Numbered from the stretch's first letter, positions 31,808 through 41,715 are shown. The stretch: DNA of 64,000 bases from Candidatus Bathyarchaeota archaeon (GCA_963832745.1 CAWHVC010000002.1:128001-192000), one strand, 5' to 3'. Notes: generated by a model from the sequence alone, not told the origin. Made by a program: numbers and translations.

Positions 31808-31986
31808 AGCCTGTTTTAAGGTGTGCAAGCATGTTGAGGCTGCCTTTTTGTTTGATGAACCGGTTTTATGTTGCTCTTTTCTGCGTTGAATTTGCTCCTG
31901 TTGCGCAGGTGTTTTTTGCCCCTTGATGTGCGATACGTTTTATAATGTCGTTAGAGAAATGCGTTAGGTAAATTGGAGGGGGAAAA

Positions 31987-32448
31987 ATGAGTGCAAAATG
32001 GCGTAGAAGCACAAAAAATCGTAAATGGCTAGACCTTAACGATAGTGCAAAAAAGATAGTTAAGAGTAAACCTAAGACCCTGCGAATTGAAACCATTAAG
32101 CCCACTAAAAGCGTTCGTTCTAGCCAAAGCTTAAGGGCCCCCAAAGGCTTTAGCAAGCGCAAATTTGTCGATCCCAAACCGTTAATTGACATTTTCCAAG
32201 AAAACAATTGGATAACAATCGTTGCAGAAATCGCAGGCTTTAATAAGGAATCCTTCAAAATAAATGTGAAAGACCAGAAAATTACGCTGTCAGCAAAATC
32301 AAAAGAACGCAGATACTATAAAAGTTTAAATCTGCCGAAGGTAGTCATTCCCAGCGATATCCACACCACTTTCAAGAACGGCGTACTGGAAATAAAATTA
32401 AAGAAAGCAGAAAATCCACAACAAACAATAAACAAAGAAGCGGATTAG
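31987..32448 (+). CDS. Hsp20/alpha-crystallin family protein
   Basis: LIDIFQE..ITIVAEIAG, YYKSLNLP, FKNGVLEIKLKK. Confidence 0.88.
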   Translation: MSAKWRRSTKNRKWLDLNDSAKKIVKSKPKTLRIETIKPTKSVRSSQSLRAPKGFSKRKFVDPKPLIDIFQENNWITIVAEIAGFNKESFKINVKDQKITLSAKSKERRYYKSLNLPKVVIPSDIHTTFKNGVLEIKLKKAENPQQTINKEAD

Positions 32449-32451
32449 AAT

Positions 32452-32865
32452 ATGCCTCATAAACTTAGAAAAATACGTAAAACAAGAGGTTCAAGAACAC
32501 AAGGTTACGGAAGAATCGGCCAACACCGCGACAGCGGTAGTAAAGGCCACCGAAAAGTCGGACGCCACAAACACCTTTGGAGCTTAATTGTAACTTCTGA
32601 ACCCAACTACTTCGGAAAACACGGCTTCACATCTCCACAAAGCCTAAACAAAAAAGAAAGCACACTAAACCTCCAAAAACTAGCCGATATAGCAGAAACC
32701 AACACAGTCAACTTAACCACCATGGGCTACACCAAACTGTTAGGCACCGGAAAAATAACAAAACCCCTGACTGTAACAGTGCCAACCTGCTCCAAATCAG
32801 CACAAGAAAAAATCGTCCAAGCAGGCGGAAAAGTAATCACTATCTCCCAAGAGAACGGAGAGTAA
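32452..32865 (+). CDS. rpl15: 50S ribosomal protein L15 (uL15)
   Basis: RGSRTQGYG, YFGKHGF, KLLGTG, KIVQAGG. Confidence 0.96.
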   Translation: MPHKLRKIRKTRGSRTQGYGRIGQHRDSGSKGHRKVGRHKHLWSLIVTSEPNYFGKHGFTSPQSLNKKESTLNLQKLADIAETNTVNLTTMGYTKLLGTGKITKPLTVTVPTCSKSAQEKIVQAGGKVITISQENGE

Positions 32866-32874
32866 GGCTAACAT

Positions 32875-34311
32875 ATGGCCGGAAGATTCCTCAGCCTATT
32901 CAAACCAATAGGTAGAGTTCTGCCTGAAATAAAAAAACCCGAACGCAAAGTCTCATTTAACGAAAAAATCTTCTGGACCGCGCTTGTTTTAATCATTTTC
33001 CTAGTCATGACTGAAGTCCCCCTCTACGGGGTCAGCACAAATGCACAAGACCAGTTCGGTCAGTTGAGAGTTATCTTTGCTTCCAACCGCGGCACCTTAA
33101 TGGAGCTAGGTATCGGCCCCATCGTGACGGCTGGTTTAATTCTCCAATTACTTGTTGGTTCATCAATCATCAAATGCGACATGTCAAATCCTGAAGATAG
33201 AGGTCTCTTTACTTCAGCAAGCAAAGTTTTCTCTATCGTATTAACTGCTGTTCAAGCAGGCGCATACATCCTCAGCGGCATGTACGGTACAATTACTGGA
33301 CCCATAATGATTGCTATATTCTTCCAGTTACTAGTTGCAGGCATAATTGTGATGCTTCTCGACGAATTAGTCCAAAAAGGATGGGGTCTAGGCAGCGGTA
33401 TAAGCCTATTCATCATGGCAGGCGTTGCCCAAAATATATTCTGGTCAATGTTTGCTCCATCAAACGGTCTATTCGTGGGTGCATTAGACAATTTACTCAA
33501 AGGTAGCATAACTACGTTCGACTGGATTGTAGGCACCTCCAGCGGATACTTCCCATCCTTCATCGGCTTCATCGCAACCATCGTCACATTCATAGTAATC
33601 ATCTACATGCAAGGCGTCCGTATCGAACTCCCAATGACTTACGCAGGATACAAAGGCTTCCGCAGCAGATACCCAATCAAACTACTCTACGTCAGCAACT
33701 TGCCAGTCATCTTCGCCAGCGCACTCTTCGCAAACGTGTTCTTCTTCACACAGCTACTCTGGACACAATTCGGAAGACCAGCACCAGGAACAAACTTGTT
33801 CTTCCAAATCTTCGGTGACTATAACCAAACACTAACAACCCTTTCAGATGGAACCACTCAACAAAACGTTGTAAACGTCGGCGGCTTAGCACATTTCATG
33901 TCTCCACCAAACGGACTCATCAACGTTGGTGTAGACCCATTGCGTGCAGTAGGTTACCTTGGCATATTGGTGGCTTTCTGTGCCATCTTCTCGCTAATTT
34001 GGCTTGAAGTCGGCGGATTAGGCCCCAACAAAGTCGCACAGCAACTCATGGACAGCGGCATGCAGATTCCAGGCTACAGGCGAAGCGGAAGACCGATTGA
34101 GCAAATACTAAAACGCTACATTCCAGTTGTAACAGTGCTCGGCGGTATAATAGTCGGTTTAATAGCTGGCTTAGCAGACTTCCTTGGCGTTTACGGTTCA
34201 GGCACCGGTATCCTGCTGTCAGTAGGTATCATCTATCAGTACTATGAACTGTTGATGCGTGAACGCGCTGCAGAAATGTTCCCAGCGTTCAGAAGAATAC
34301 TGGGTGAATAA
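32875..34311 (+). CDS. secY: Preprotein translocase subunit SecY
   Basis: GTLMELGIGPIVTAG, GLGSGISLFI, YPIKLLYVSN, GTGILL. Confidence 0.98.
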   Translation: MAGRFLSLFKPIGRVLPEIKKPERKVSFNEKIFWTALVLIIFLVMTEVPLYGVSTNAQDQFGQLRVIFASNRGTLMELGIGPIVTAGLILQLLVGSSIIKCDMSNPEDRGLFTSASKVFSIVLTAVQAGAYILSGMYGTITGPIMIAIFFQLLVAGIIVMLLDELVQKGWGLGSGISLFIMAGVAQNIFWSMFAPSNGLFVGALDNLLKGSITTFDWIVGTSSGYFPSFIGFIATIVTFIVIIYMQGVRIELPMTYAGYKGFRSRYPIKLLYVSNLPVIFASALFANVFFFTQLLWTQFGRPAPGTNLFFQIFGDYNQTLTTLSDGTTQQNVVNVGGLAHFMSPPNGLINVGVDPLRAVGYLGILVAFCAIFSLIWLEVGGLGPNKVAQQLMDSGMQIPGYRRSGRPIEQILKRYIPVVTVLGGIIVGLIAGLADFLGVYGSGTGILLSVGIIYQYYELLMRERAAEMFPAFRRILGE

Positions 34312-34408
34312 GCACCAAAAAATAGGGCTTGAAAAAGCCTCTCTTTATTTTTTCTTTAATCTAAAATTTTAAAAATTTTTGAAGACATTGTAATTGCTAA
34401 TTAGCAAG

Positions 34409-35668
34409 TTATTTTTTGTCTTGCCCGTATTCGCCTGATTTTATTTTGTCTACAAGCAAACCAACAAACTCTATTGGCCACACGTCATCGCATACGTCGC
34501 TTGTTAGAATGTTTCTCTTGTTAAAGAAAGATATCAAATCATTTTTCAAGAGCAGAATAAGCATGAATTTGTGACCATAAGTTTGTTTAAACAGGGAATA
34601 CTTTGAAGACTGCTTAAGATTCATTTCATAATGCGGCTCAAGAACAATTTTTCTGCCGTTAACTTCTTTGTCCAAAATAAAATCCGGCGTATACTTGTCA
34701 CCAGGCAACGGAAACGTGATAGTTTCATAACCATACGGAATATGCATCCGCATCAGCATCCGCGCAGTTTCTTTTTCCCAACCACTTTTATAACGACTTA
34801 ACTTCTGATAATGAACTTGCGGTTGACCAGTGACTTTCTGGATTTGATCAAAAAACTGCAACGCTTCTTTTAAGGTACTGCGATTAAGATTTTTGCGTTT
34901 GAGCCACCTGCCCAAAAGGAAAAACGGGTAATCCGCTTTTGCTGGGTCACGGGGGAAAATCCGTTTAGCATACTCAGTGATTTTTAGTTGTGCTTTTAAG
35001 GCAGCAGTTTCGTCTTTCCATAAATACGGTGCAGTGGAATTTATTAAGCCCAAGCTTATTGCAACGCTTGCGTTTTCCCTTGTTAAGGGTACCATTAAAT
35101 CTTCGGGTGAAAAGTGCTTAAAGATTTCAAGGTCCGGTTCGGGACGCACCATCCATCGCATGTACGTCCAAGCTTTGTCTTTATGGATGCCTCTCATCCT
35201 TTCAATGCTTCTAGTTAATTCTTCAACAAAATCTTTAGGTTTAGCAAATCTTAGCGAGTAACGGATTAAGTCTCTTTCAGCTTTGAATTTGACAAAAATG
35301 TTTACTGCGGCTAACGTTTCAGGAATAGCTTCTTTACGTGGACCAAGATAATTGTAAAAACTGTACTTTACGATTTCTTCGCCGAAAAGGTGCGGTTTAG
35401 TTATCTCAAAAAGCCGGGGAGCTCCAAATTTTTCGTGCAAGTTAATAAGCAGGTTTCTAGCGTTTTCTGAAAAACCTACCATCTGATCATCAAGTATGGA
35501 TGCGGAAAGCAGGAAATAGTGTGCTGCATTCTTTTTTTCTTCATAATCTTTTGAGTAAGGGTTAAACAGTAATCGTGGGTTCATTCTTCTGTCCCACTGT
35601 ATATCGGCGACGTTAGTGTTGGTTCTTACAAACTTTGCCAGTAATGAATGCAAGTCATCGGTCGCCAT
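34409..35668 (-). CDS. DUF2400(TIGR02757)-like helical domain fused to a PD-(D/E)XK nuclease (T7 endonuclease I-like)
   Basis: MRWMVR..DL.....PEDLMVPL...LGL...FPRDPAKADYPFF; C-terminal KSGWE...YGYE...YTPDFIL...IVLEPH. Confidence 0.65.
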   Translation of the reverse strand: MATDDLHSLLAKFVRTNTNVADIQWDRRMNPRLLFNPYSKDYEEKKNAAHYFLLSASILDDQMVGFSENARNLLINLHEKFGAPRLFEITKPHLFGEEIVKYSFYNYLGPRKEAIPETLAAVNIFVKFKAERDLIRYSLRFAKPKDFVEELTRSIERMRGIHKDKAWTYMRWMVRPEPDLEIFKHFSPEDLMVPLTRENASVAISLGLINSTAPYLWKDETAALKAQLKITEYAKRIFPRDPAKADYPFFLLGRWLKRKNLNRSTLKEALQFFDQIQKVTGQPQVHYQKLSRYKSGWEKETARMLMRMHIPYGYETITFPLPGDKYTPDFILDKEVNGRKIVLEPHYEMNLKQSSKYSLFKQTYGHKFMLILLLKNDLISFFNKRNILTSDVCDDVWPIEFVGLLVDKIKSGEYGQDKK

Positions 35669-35893
35669 TCTAATATTTTGCCTCTCTATCTATTCTATAG
35701 TTAATCTTTTAATAATTACCTGTCAACTAATTCAATATTGCCTGACTAAAATGGCGTTTTCATACCAGACATCTTACCTTTTTACAGCATGCGATTTTCA
35801 AACGGAACAGACTCTATATGTTGAACGAAAAATCAGTAAAAACGGTTATAAACAAGGAAGAAGGATACGCATACACAATAAGTACTTAAGTGA

Positions 35894-36373
35894 ATGAGAA
35901 TGTCGGCGACAGAGTTATCTTGGATCGCAACTGCACCCGTTGCAACAGTAATTATCATGGCTATTGCGCTTGTAATTGCAATCGTTAACACATCAATCAA
36001 CAGAGCACTTATCAGCTACTTTGTTGGTTGGGATAAATATCGTACAATGCAAAAAGAAATGGCTGAATACCGCAAAGAAAGCATGGCTGCCGCTCGTTCG
36101 AACGACAAAAAGCAAATGGAAAAACTCAAGAAAAGGCAGTCACAAATTACCGCTATGCAGGCTCAAATGGCCAAACCCCAAATGGTGCAGCTAGGCATAT
36201 CTTTCATTTATATTGTGGTATGGTGGTTCGTCTTAATTCCCCTTTTCGGGAGTGCTCCAGTAGCTATTGTGCCTGGTTTTGGGCCAATCTCAGTGATTTA
36301 TTGGTATCCCATCACATCCTTCTTCCTTGGGTTACTAATGCAACGCCTCTTGGGCACAATGCCTTTGGAATAA
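35894..36373 (+). CDS. DUF106/EMC3/TMCO1 (Oxa1 superfamily) membrane protein
   Basis: TM-coiled coil-TM architecture, IYWY motif, position downstream of secY. Confidence 0.88.
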   Translation: MRMSATELSWIATAPVATVIIMAIALVIAIVNTSINRALISYFVGWDKYRTMQKEMAEYRKESMAAARSNDKKQMEKLKKRQSQITAMQAQMAKPQMVQLGISFIYIVVWWFVLIPLFGSAPVAIVPGFGPISVIYWYPITSFFLGLLMQRLLGTMPLE

Positions 36374-36387
36374 GCTGAGGTAACGTC

Positions 36388-37002
36388 ATGTCCACAAATA
36401 ACAACCTCCAATGCGTTACTCGCAAACCTCTCATTCTTTGCATTTCTGGAATGGCTGGAACCGGTAAAAGCACACTCTCTAAAAAAATTGCGAAGAGATA
36501 TAACCTCAAATGTTACTCTGGCGGTGATGCTCTTAAGGAATTAGCCAAAGAGGCCGGTTACGAGATTACTGGTGACGGCTGGTGGGAAAGTCCCGATGGT
36601 TTAAGTTTCTTGGAGAAACGGGTCAAAAACTCACAGTTTGATAGGGAAGTGGACACCAAACTGCTTGGTTATGCAAAACTGGGTGATGTTCTGCTTGATA
36701 GTTGGACTATGCCTTGGCTGCTAAAGGACGGATTTAAAATCTGGTTAATGGCGTCTTTAGATAAGCGTGCGGCAAGAGTGGCTGAACGGGACAAAATGAC
36801 TGTTGAGCAAGCTTTCGCTGTTCTGAAGGAGAAGGAAGCTCAAACTAAAGCGATATACAAAAATCTTTATGGATTCAATTTAGGCGACGATTTTACCCCA
36901 TTTAATTTTATTCTGGATACTGATAACTTGAACGCTGATCAAGTTTTTGAAGTTCTTTGTAAAGTGATTGACAATATAGTTTGTGCTTGTCAATCAACAT
37001 AA
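36388..37002 (+). CDS. cmk: Cytidylate kinase
   Basis: ISGMAGTGKST, SGGD, DREVD, RAARVAERD; conserved locus. Confidence 0.9.
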   Translation: MSTNNNLQCVTRKPLILCISGMAGTGKSTLSKKIAKRYNLKCYSGGDALKELAKEAGYEITGDGWWESPDGLSFLEKRVKNSQFDREVDTKLLGYAKLGDVLLDSWTMPWLLKDGFKIWLMASLDKRAARVAERDKMTVEQAFAVLKEKEAQTKAIYKNLYGFNLGDDFTPFNFILDTDNLNADQVFEVLCKVIDNIVCACQST

Positions 37003-37115
37003 AACAAAAAAATCTGTAATCTGCTAATAAAAACCTTTTTAAAAATTTAAAAGTTCAGCACTTGCATTATCTTTTCACCTCAAGCTTCATACCTTAATGG
37101 GAGAAGGCAGGAACA

Positions 37116-37313
37116 ATGACGATTCATGAGGCATTAATCGCGATTTTAATAGCAATCGCTATTATACTATGCTTAATATTATCCTACAAGCTGATCAATA
37201 TCGAATCAACCCTGACAATACTGATCTTTAACCTATTTTTCATTTCACTAATTTTCCAGCTAAAAGGTACAGTTTTGTGGGCAACTTTGCCCAAATTTTT
37301 AAGGTTGGCATAG
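37116..37313 (+). CDS. Small hydrophobic membrane protein (possibly truncated)
   Basis: Two hydrophobic segments in 65 aa; GCAGGA upstream of the ATG. Confidence 0.5.
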   Translation: MTIHEALIAILIAIAIILCLILSYKLINIESTLTILIFNLFFISLIFQLKGTVLWATLPKFLRLA

Positions 37314-37528
37314 GCTCATACTTAGACGGAAGAAAACGTCTCCATTGATTGGCGACTCTTTTAATTTTTGCTTTCTTTTATAATATGCTAATTTGTACAA
37401 AAGCCCTTATTGACTTAGTAATTGGAAGCTGAGACGGCAAAATTGTCGCTGGGCGAAAACTGAGCATTCAGGGAAAGGAAAATTTTATATTTAAAACGTC
37501 AGATAGCAATCAGCCAAGGGAAAGGAAT

Positions 37529-37756
37529 ATGGAAACATTTTTTGTATTCCTTGGATTCACAATGATTATTGTACTTGTACTTTTTTTACCAGTATTAATT
37601 GAACTTAAGAAACCAAAAGATATTGCACCGCGGAAAATAGTTGATTTCAAAACGGTCCTGTTATTGCAGACTAAAAAAGAAGTGGCGCCCAATAATCAGC
37701 CTTTAAATGGCACTTTGGCTGCCGCGGTTGAATCTTTAACTAACTTGGAAGTTTAA
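37529..37756 (+). CDS. Small single-TM hypothetical protein
   Basis: TM helix followed by LPVLIELKKPKD; AAGGA upstream of the ATG. Confidence 0.6.
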   Translation: METFFVFLGFTMIIVLVLFLPVLIELKKPKDIAPRKIVDFKTVLLLQTKKEVAPNNQPLNGTLAAAVESLTNLEV

Positions 37757-38793
37757 CTCTTCTTTAGCAGCAGGGAAGCGTTTTTCCATTGTTCCATAGC
37801 TAATGAAATGTGGCCCGAAGGTGACCCATAAATTGAATAAAACACGTAACAAAGATACGTGCATTGAGTGCAAGTCCTGTACTGCTCACGTAAATCATTG
37901 AATTTTTCACTCTTCCAGTTTTTAGGCAAATCGAAAATTGAGCCTGCAAAAGTGTGATTGTGGCAACCCGCAACTCTGCCCAGATGGTCCACGACTAGAA
38001 AGCTTTGAAGCGCTTTGCAATTCCAAGTTCTTTTTTCTTCAGCGTAGAGGCTTCTTAACGTTTTTAGAAGTTTGTCTGTCATTAAGATTCTTTTGTTGGT
38101 TTTCTTCATTTCTTTTAAAGTGTCGCAGAGTTTAACCATGGCTTCTTTATCGGTTATTATGAATTCGTCATTAGGTTTGCCGATGCGGAACAGTTGGTCA
38201 GGATCATCTGTCATGTCGTATGAGTAAAGGCAATACCAAACAGGGATACCCTTGCTCGTGAAGTAATTAGTGATATCCACGATTTCGTAAAGATTCATTT
38301 GAGAAATCGTTGGAGTAACGCTAACTTTTATTCCCTCTTTCTGCAGGGTTTCAACTGTTTTCATGGCGTTTTTCCATGCACCAGGCACATTTTTTATGTA
38401 ATCCTGTTTTTTCTCATCAAGGCTATCAATAGATAAAGCGACAAAATCAACTTTTCTTAAGAGATCAATTTTTTTTGCCGCCATGCTACCGTTATCATAT
38501 ACTGTAGTTACAAACCGTTGGGTAGCATAATCAATAATTTCTCCAATGTCCTCTCTTAGCAGTGGATCGCCGCCGGACAGAACAAGCTCAACTATGCCCG
38601 CGTCTTTCAGAATGTCCATGCCTTTTTTAATTTCTTCAGTTGAGAGTTCGTTTTTGTCTTGTTCTTTCCATACATTGCAGCCTAAGCATTTGTAATTACA
38701 TTTTCTTGTAATAAGCCATTGTGCATGGTGTGGTTTGCCGTGAACAAGTGAACGTGCTGCTACGTTTGCTGCCTTTTTTACTCCCATAACCAA
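37753..38793 (-). CDS. Radical SAM protein with SPASM/twitch-like C-terminus
   Basis: CNYKCLGC, SGGDPLL, C-terminal CKA...AGC...CTQCTYLC. Confidence 0.88.
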   Translation of the reverse strand: MVMGVKKAANVAARSLVHGKPHHAQWLITRKCNYKCLGCNVWKEQDKNELSTEEIKKGMDILKDAGIVELVLSGGDPLLREDIGEIIDYATQRFVTTVYDNGSMAAKKIDLLRKVDFVALSIDSLDEKKQDYIKNVPGAWKNAMKTVETLQKEGIKVSVTPTISQMNLYEIVDITNYFTSKGIPVWYCLYSYDMTDDPDQLFRIGKPNDEFIITDKEAMVKLCDTLKEMKKTNKRILMTDKLLKTLRSLYAEEKRTWNCKALQSFLVVDHLGRVAGCHNHTFAGSIFDLPKNWKSEKFNDLREQYRTCTQCTYLCYVFYSIYGSPSGHISLAMEQWKNASLLLKKS

Positions 38794-38978
38794 ATAGGGT
38801 CACTAGCCGCTTAAATTTGATATTAACACTTAATCAAATCTGGACTATAAAAACCATTATTAAAGTTCACCTGTTTGCTGTATCTGAATCTCTTCTTTAG
38901 GTGCTCCAACTAAGGCTTTATTCGGCTAAGCCTTATAGGCACAAATGTAAGTGTAAACTGAACGGAAGCTGGGTTCAA

Positions 38979-39710
38979 ATGGTGGATTCGATTGATGTTG
39001 TTCTGCTGACAAAGAACAGTGAGCGGGCGTTAGTCAAGTGTCTAGACTCACTTTACCAGAACGTTCCAGTCCACCAACTGATTGTAGTTGACGGGTACTC
39101 TACCGATGGCACTCTTTCAATAATAGAAACTTATAGCCAGAAACATTACAACGTAAAAGTAATTTTTGATAAAGGTACTCGCGCTTCAGCCCGACAAAAA
39201 GGAATCATGGCCGTGCAAACTGAATGGTTCATGTTCATAGACAGTGACGTCGTTTTATGCCGTGATTGGTTCCAAAAAACCATCAAAAACATTGACGCAG
39301 ATGTTGGGGCAGTTTGGGGGACTGAAGTCTGGTCTACCTTGAAAAACCCCAAAATGCTAAAACTATTCTTGGTTGTTACCCGCAAAATTTTCGAAGTACG
39401 CGGTGGCACACATGACACTTTAATTCGCTCTTCACTTGTTAAAGACATCCAAATACCCGCTGAGCTTCATGTTTTTGAAGATGCATACATAAAAGACCAT
39501 ATAACCCGTAAAGGCTACAAGGTAGTGGCTTGTTATGACCCTTTCTGTATTCATTTTAGACCTGATTCTGTTTGGACTTTAAAAGGCAGTTTAGGTTTAG
39601 TTGCTGAGGCACTACGGTTGGGTAGTCCCCATTTGATTTCGAAGCTGCTTTTGGCTTACGGCTTCTACACTGGCTACTCAGTTTATCAATTTTTTGCAAA
39701 CAACAAATAA
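38979..39710 (+). CDS. Glycosyltransferase family 2
   Basis: VVDGYSTDGT, FIDSD (DxD), FED. Confidence 0.9.
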   Translation: MVDSIDVVLLTKNSERALVKCLDSLYQNVPVHQLIVVDGYSTDGTLSIIETYSQKHYNVKVIFDKGTRASARQKGIMAVQTEWFMFIDSDVVLCRDWFQKTIKNIDADVGAVWGTEVWSTLKNPKMLKLFLVVTRKIFEVRGGTHDTLIRSSLVKDIQIPAELHVFEDAYIKDHITRKGYKVVACYDPFCIHFRPDSVWTLKGSLGLVAEALRLGSPHLISKLLLAYGFYTGYSVYQFFANNK

Positions 39711-39766
39711 AACAGTTGGGAAATAGCTTATTATTTTAATGCCCCTCTATATGCAAGCAATTCGGC

Positions 39767-40543
39767 GTGTTAAATTTGAGTAACTCTCTGGCGCAAATTG
39801 ATGTGGTGCTGCTTACCAAAAACAGCGAGTACCTTCTTGCAAAATGCTTGACCTCGATCTACCAAAACGTGCCAGTTCACAGGCTACTTGTGGTTGATGC
39901 TTACTCCACTGACCGAACTATTGAAATTCTAAAAAAATTCAACCAAAAACACCGCAACATAATAATCGTAAAAACCAATGGCACTCGTGCTCAAGCACGC
40001 GAAACAGGTATTAAACATGTCATCACCGACTTCTTCGCTTTCATAGATAGCGACGTTATACTGTGTAGGGATTGGTTCAAAAAAGCCTTCGCTGAAATGA
40101 AGGATGGTGTCGGTGCCGTGTGGGGTGTAAACATTGATGTAATCCCAAACGTTAAACAAAAATGGTTCTTGCTGTTGGAAAGCATGATTGCACGCCAAGG
40201 CTTCCGTTTACGAGGCGGAACACATGACACGCTTATCCGAAAAAGCGCTTTGGAGGGGTTACATATTCCTGAGGAACTTCATGCTTTTGAGGATGCTTAT
40301 CTTATTCGTTGGGTCGAAAAAAGAGGGTATAAAGCGCTTGTTGGCAGCAGCATCTATTGTTTGCATTATAAGCCGCCGACAAACTGGAGTCCCCAAAACG
40401 CCGTAGACCAAGCAATTGTCGAATTCAAATGTGGCATGCTTCACTCCCACCTTTATTCTTATGCCCTGTTCTATCCAGTGTTCATGTTTTACTGGTTTTT
40501 GCAAGTGCCGCTTAGCGGTTTTGGCGGTCAACTAAAAAAATAG
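39767..40543 (+). CDS. Glycosyltransferase family 2 (tandem paralog)
   Basis: VVDAYSTDRT, FIDSD; shares RGGTHDTLIR with the upstream gene. Confidence 0.9.
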   Translation: MLNLSNSLAQIDVVLLTKNSEYLLAKCLTSIYQNVPVHRLLVVDAYSTDRTIEILKKFNQKHRNIIIVKTNGTRAQARETGIKHVITDFFAFIDSDVILCRDWFKKAFAEMKDGVGAVWGVNIDVIPNVKQKWFLLLESMIARQGFRLRGGTHDTLIRKSALEGLHIPEELHAFEDAYLIRWVEKRGYKALVGSSIYCLHYKPPTNWSPQNAVDQAIVEFKCGMLHSHLYSYALFYPVFMFYWFLQVPLSGFGGQLKK

Positions 40544-40576
40544 TTTGCCAGCAGTTAGACGCTTTAAAAAGTAAAC

Positions 40577-40678
40577 CAACCTATTAGAATCCAAATAGCA
40601 GTTCTATGCAGAAACCTATAGGGGGTAGAGTACTATTGATGAAGAAAGCAGCCAAAAGCATGTCAAAATCGGTGTTTC
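40577..40678 (+). repeat. Most complete copy of the dispersed repeat
   Basis: CAACCTATTAGAATCCAAATAGCAGTTCTATGCAGAAACCTATAGGGGGTAGAGTACTATTGA..AAAAGCATGTCAAAATCGGTGTTT. Confidence 0.75.
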
Positions 40679-40707
40679 TTTTAAGAGAGGTATTGAGAAT
40701 TGCAGGT

Positions 40708-41715
40708 TTACCGTGATAAGGCAGTCCAAAGTTGGTCGGTTACGGGTCTTGGCAGCGTCTGAGGGACGCCCGTCCTTGTTTCAAGGACACGTTTTTCTGG
40801 GTTGCTGTTGAATTCGCCTATGACTGCCGCGTAGATGCCCTGCTCTTTTAAGGCTGAAATGATTTTTTGGGTTGAGTCTGCTTCAGCTGCAATCAGTAAT
40901 GCGCCTGAACTTATGAGTTGCAAAGGATCAATGTCAAAGTGCCGACAGATTTCGGCTGTTTCAGGTTCTACAACAATTTTTGCTTCAAAAATCCTTATAC
41001 CTAAGCCTGCTGCGTCTGCCATTTCGTGCGCTCCGTTAAGGATGCCGCCTTCCGTTGGGTCATGCATCGCGTGCACTCCGCCTGCTCGGTAAGCTGTTAA
41101 GGCGTCTTTGACTACGCTGATTTGATTGTAAAATTCCTTAGCGCTCGCCAGAAACTGCTGGCTAAACACTTTTAACAGCTTTGCTTCTCGGTCTGTGGCT
41201 AAAATAGCAGTGCCTTCAATCCCAGCGCTCTTGGTTAAAATGAGTTTGTCGCCTGCTTTTGCGCCCGCCGCGGTTACGTATTTGCCTTTTTCGGTTAAAC
41301 CCATAATGCAGCAAACCACGATTGGGTTGGTTAAGCCGGGAGTGGATTCACAGTGTCCACCCACAATTGCGATGCCCAACTCTTTGGCTGCCTCTCCCAT
41401 TTGAGTGCTTATGGTTTCAACTATTTTGCTGTCAGAACCTTCAGGCAACATAATGCATGAAAAAATGAATGACGGCTCTACACCGAAAGTTGCCACGTCA
41501 TTAGCGTTAACGTTTACGGCTTCTTGACCGATACGTTCTACTGCACCTGTAATAGGGTCCATGGAGACGATGGCTGATTTGCCGCCGATTTCAAGTACTG
41601 CTCCATCAACACCTGTCCTAGGGCCAAGGATGACTTCTTTGCGGTCTGCCCCCAAATTTTTGAAAACTATGCTTTGCAGGATGTCTATTGGTATTTTTCC
41701 GGGCGGTAGCTTCAT
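40708..41715 (-). CDS. AIR synthase (PurM/HypE/ThiL-fold) family protein of unknown substrate
   Basis: GVDGAV, DPITG, NANDVA, VGGHCE, HDPTEGG; lacks the HypE C-terminal PRIC. Confidence 0.85.
   Translation of the reverse strand: MKLPPGKIPIDILQSIVFKNLGADRKEVILGPRTGVDGAVLEIGGKSAIVSMDPITGAVERIGQEAVNVNANDVATFGVEPSFIFSCIMLPEGSDSKIVETISTQMGEAAKELGIAIVGGHCESTPGLTNPIVVCCIMGLTEKGKYVTAAGAKAGDKLILTKSAGIEGTAILATDREAKLLKVFSQQFLASAKEFYNQISVVKDALTAYRAGGVHAMHDPTEGGILNGAHEMADAAGLGIRIFEAKIVVEPETAEICRHFDIDPLQLISSGALLIAAEADSTQKIISALKEQGIYAAVIGEFNSNPEKRVLETRTGVPQTLPRPVTDQLWTALSR

Noticed and set aside
40708-41715. Second hypE
   Set aside because: Lacks the C-terminal PRIC cysteine required for HypE; a bona fide hypE is at 8817..9887.
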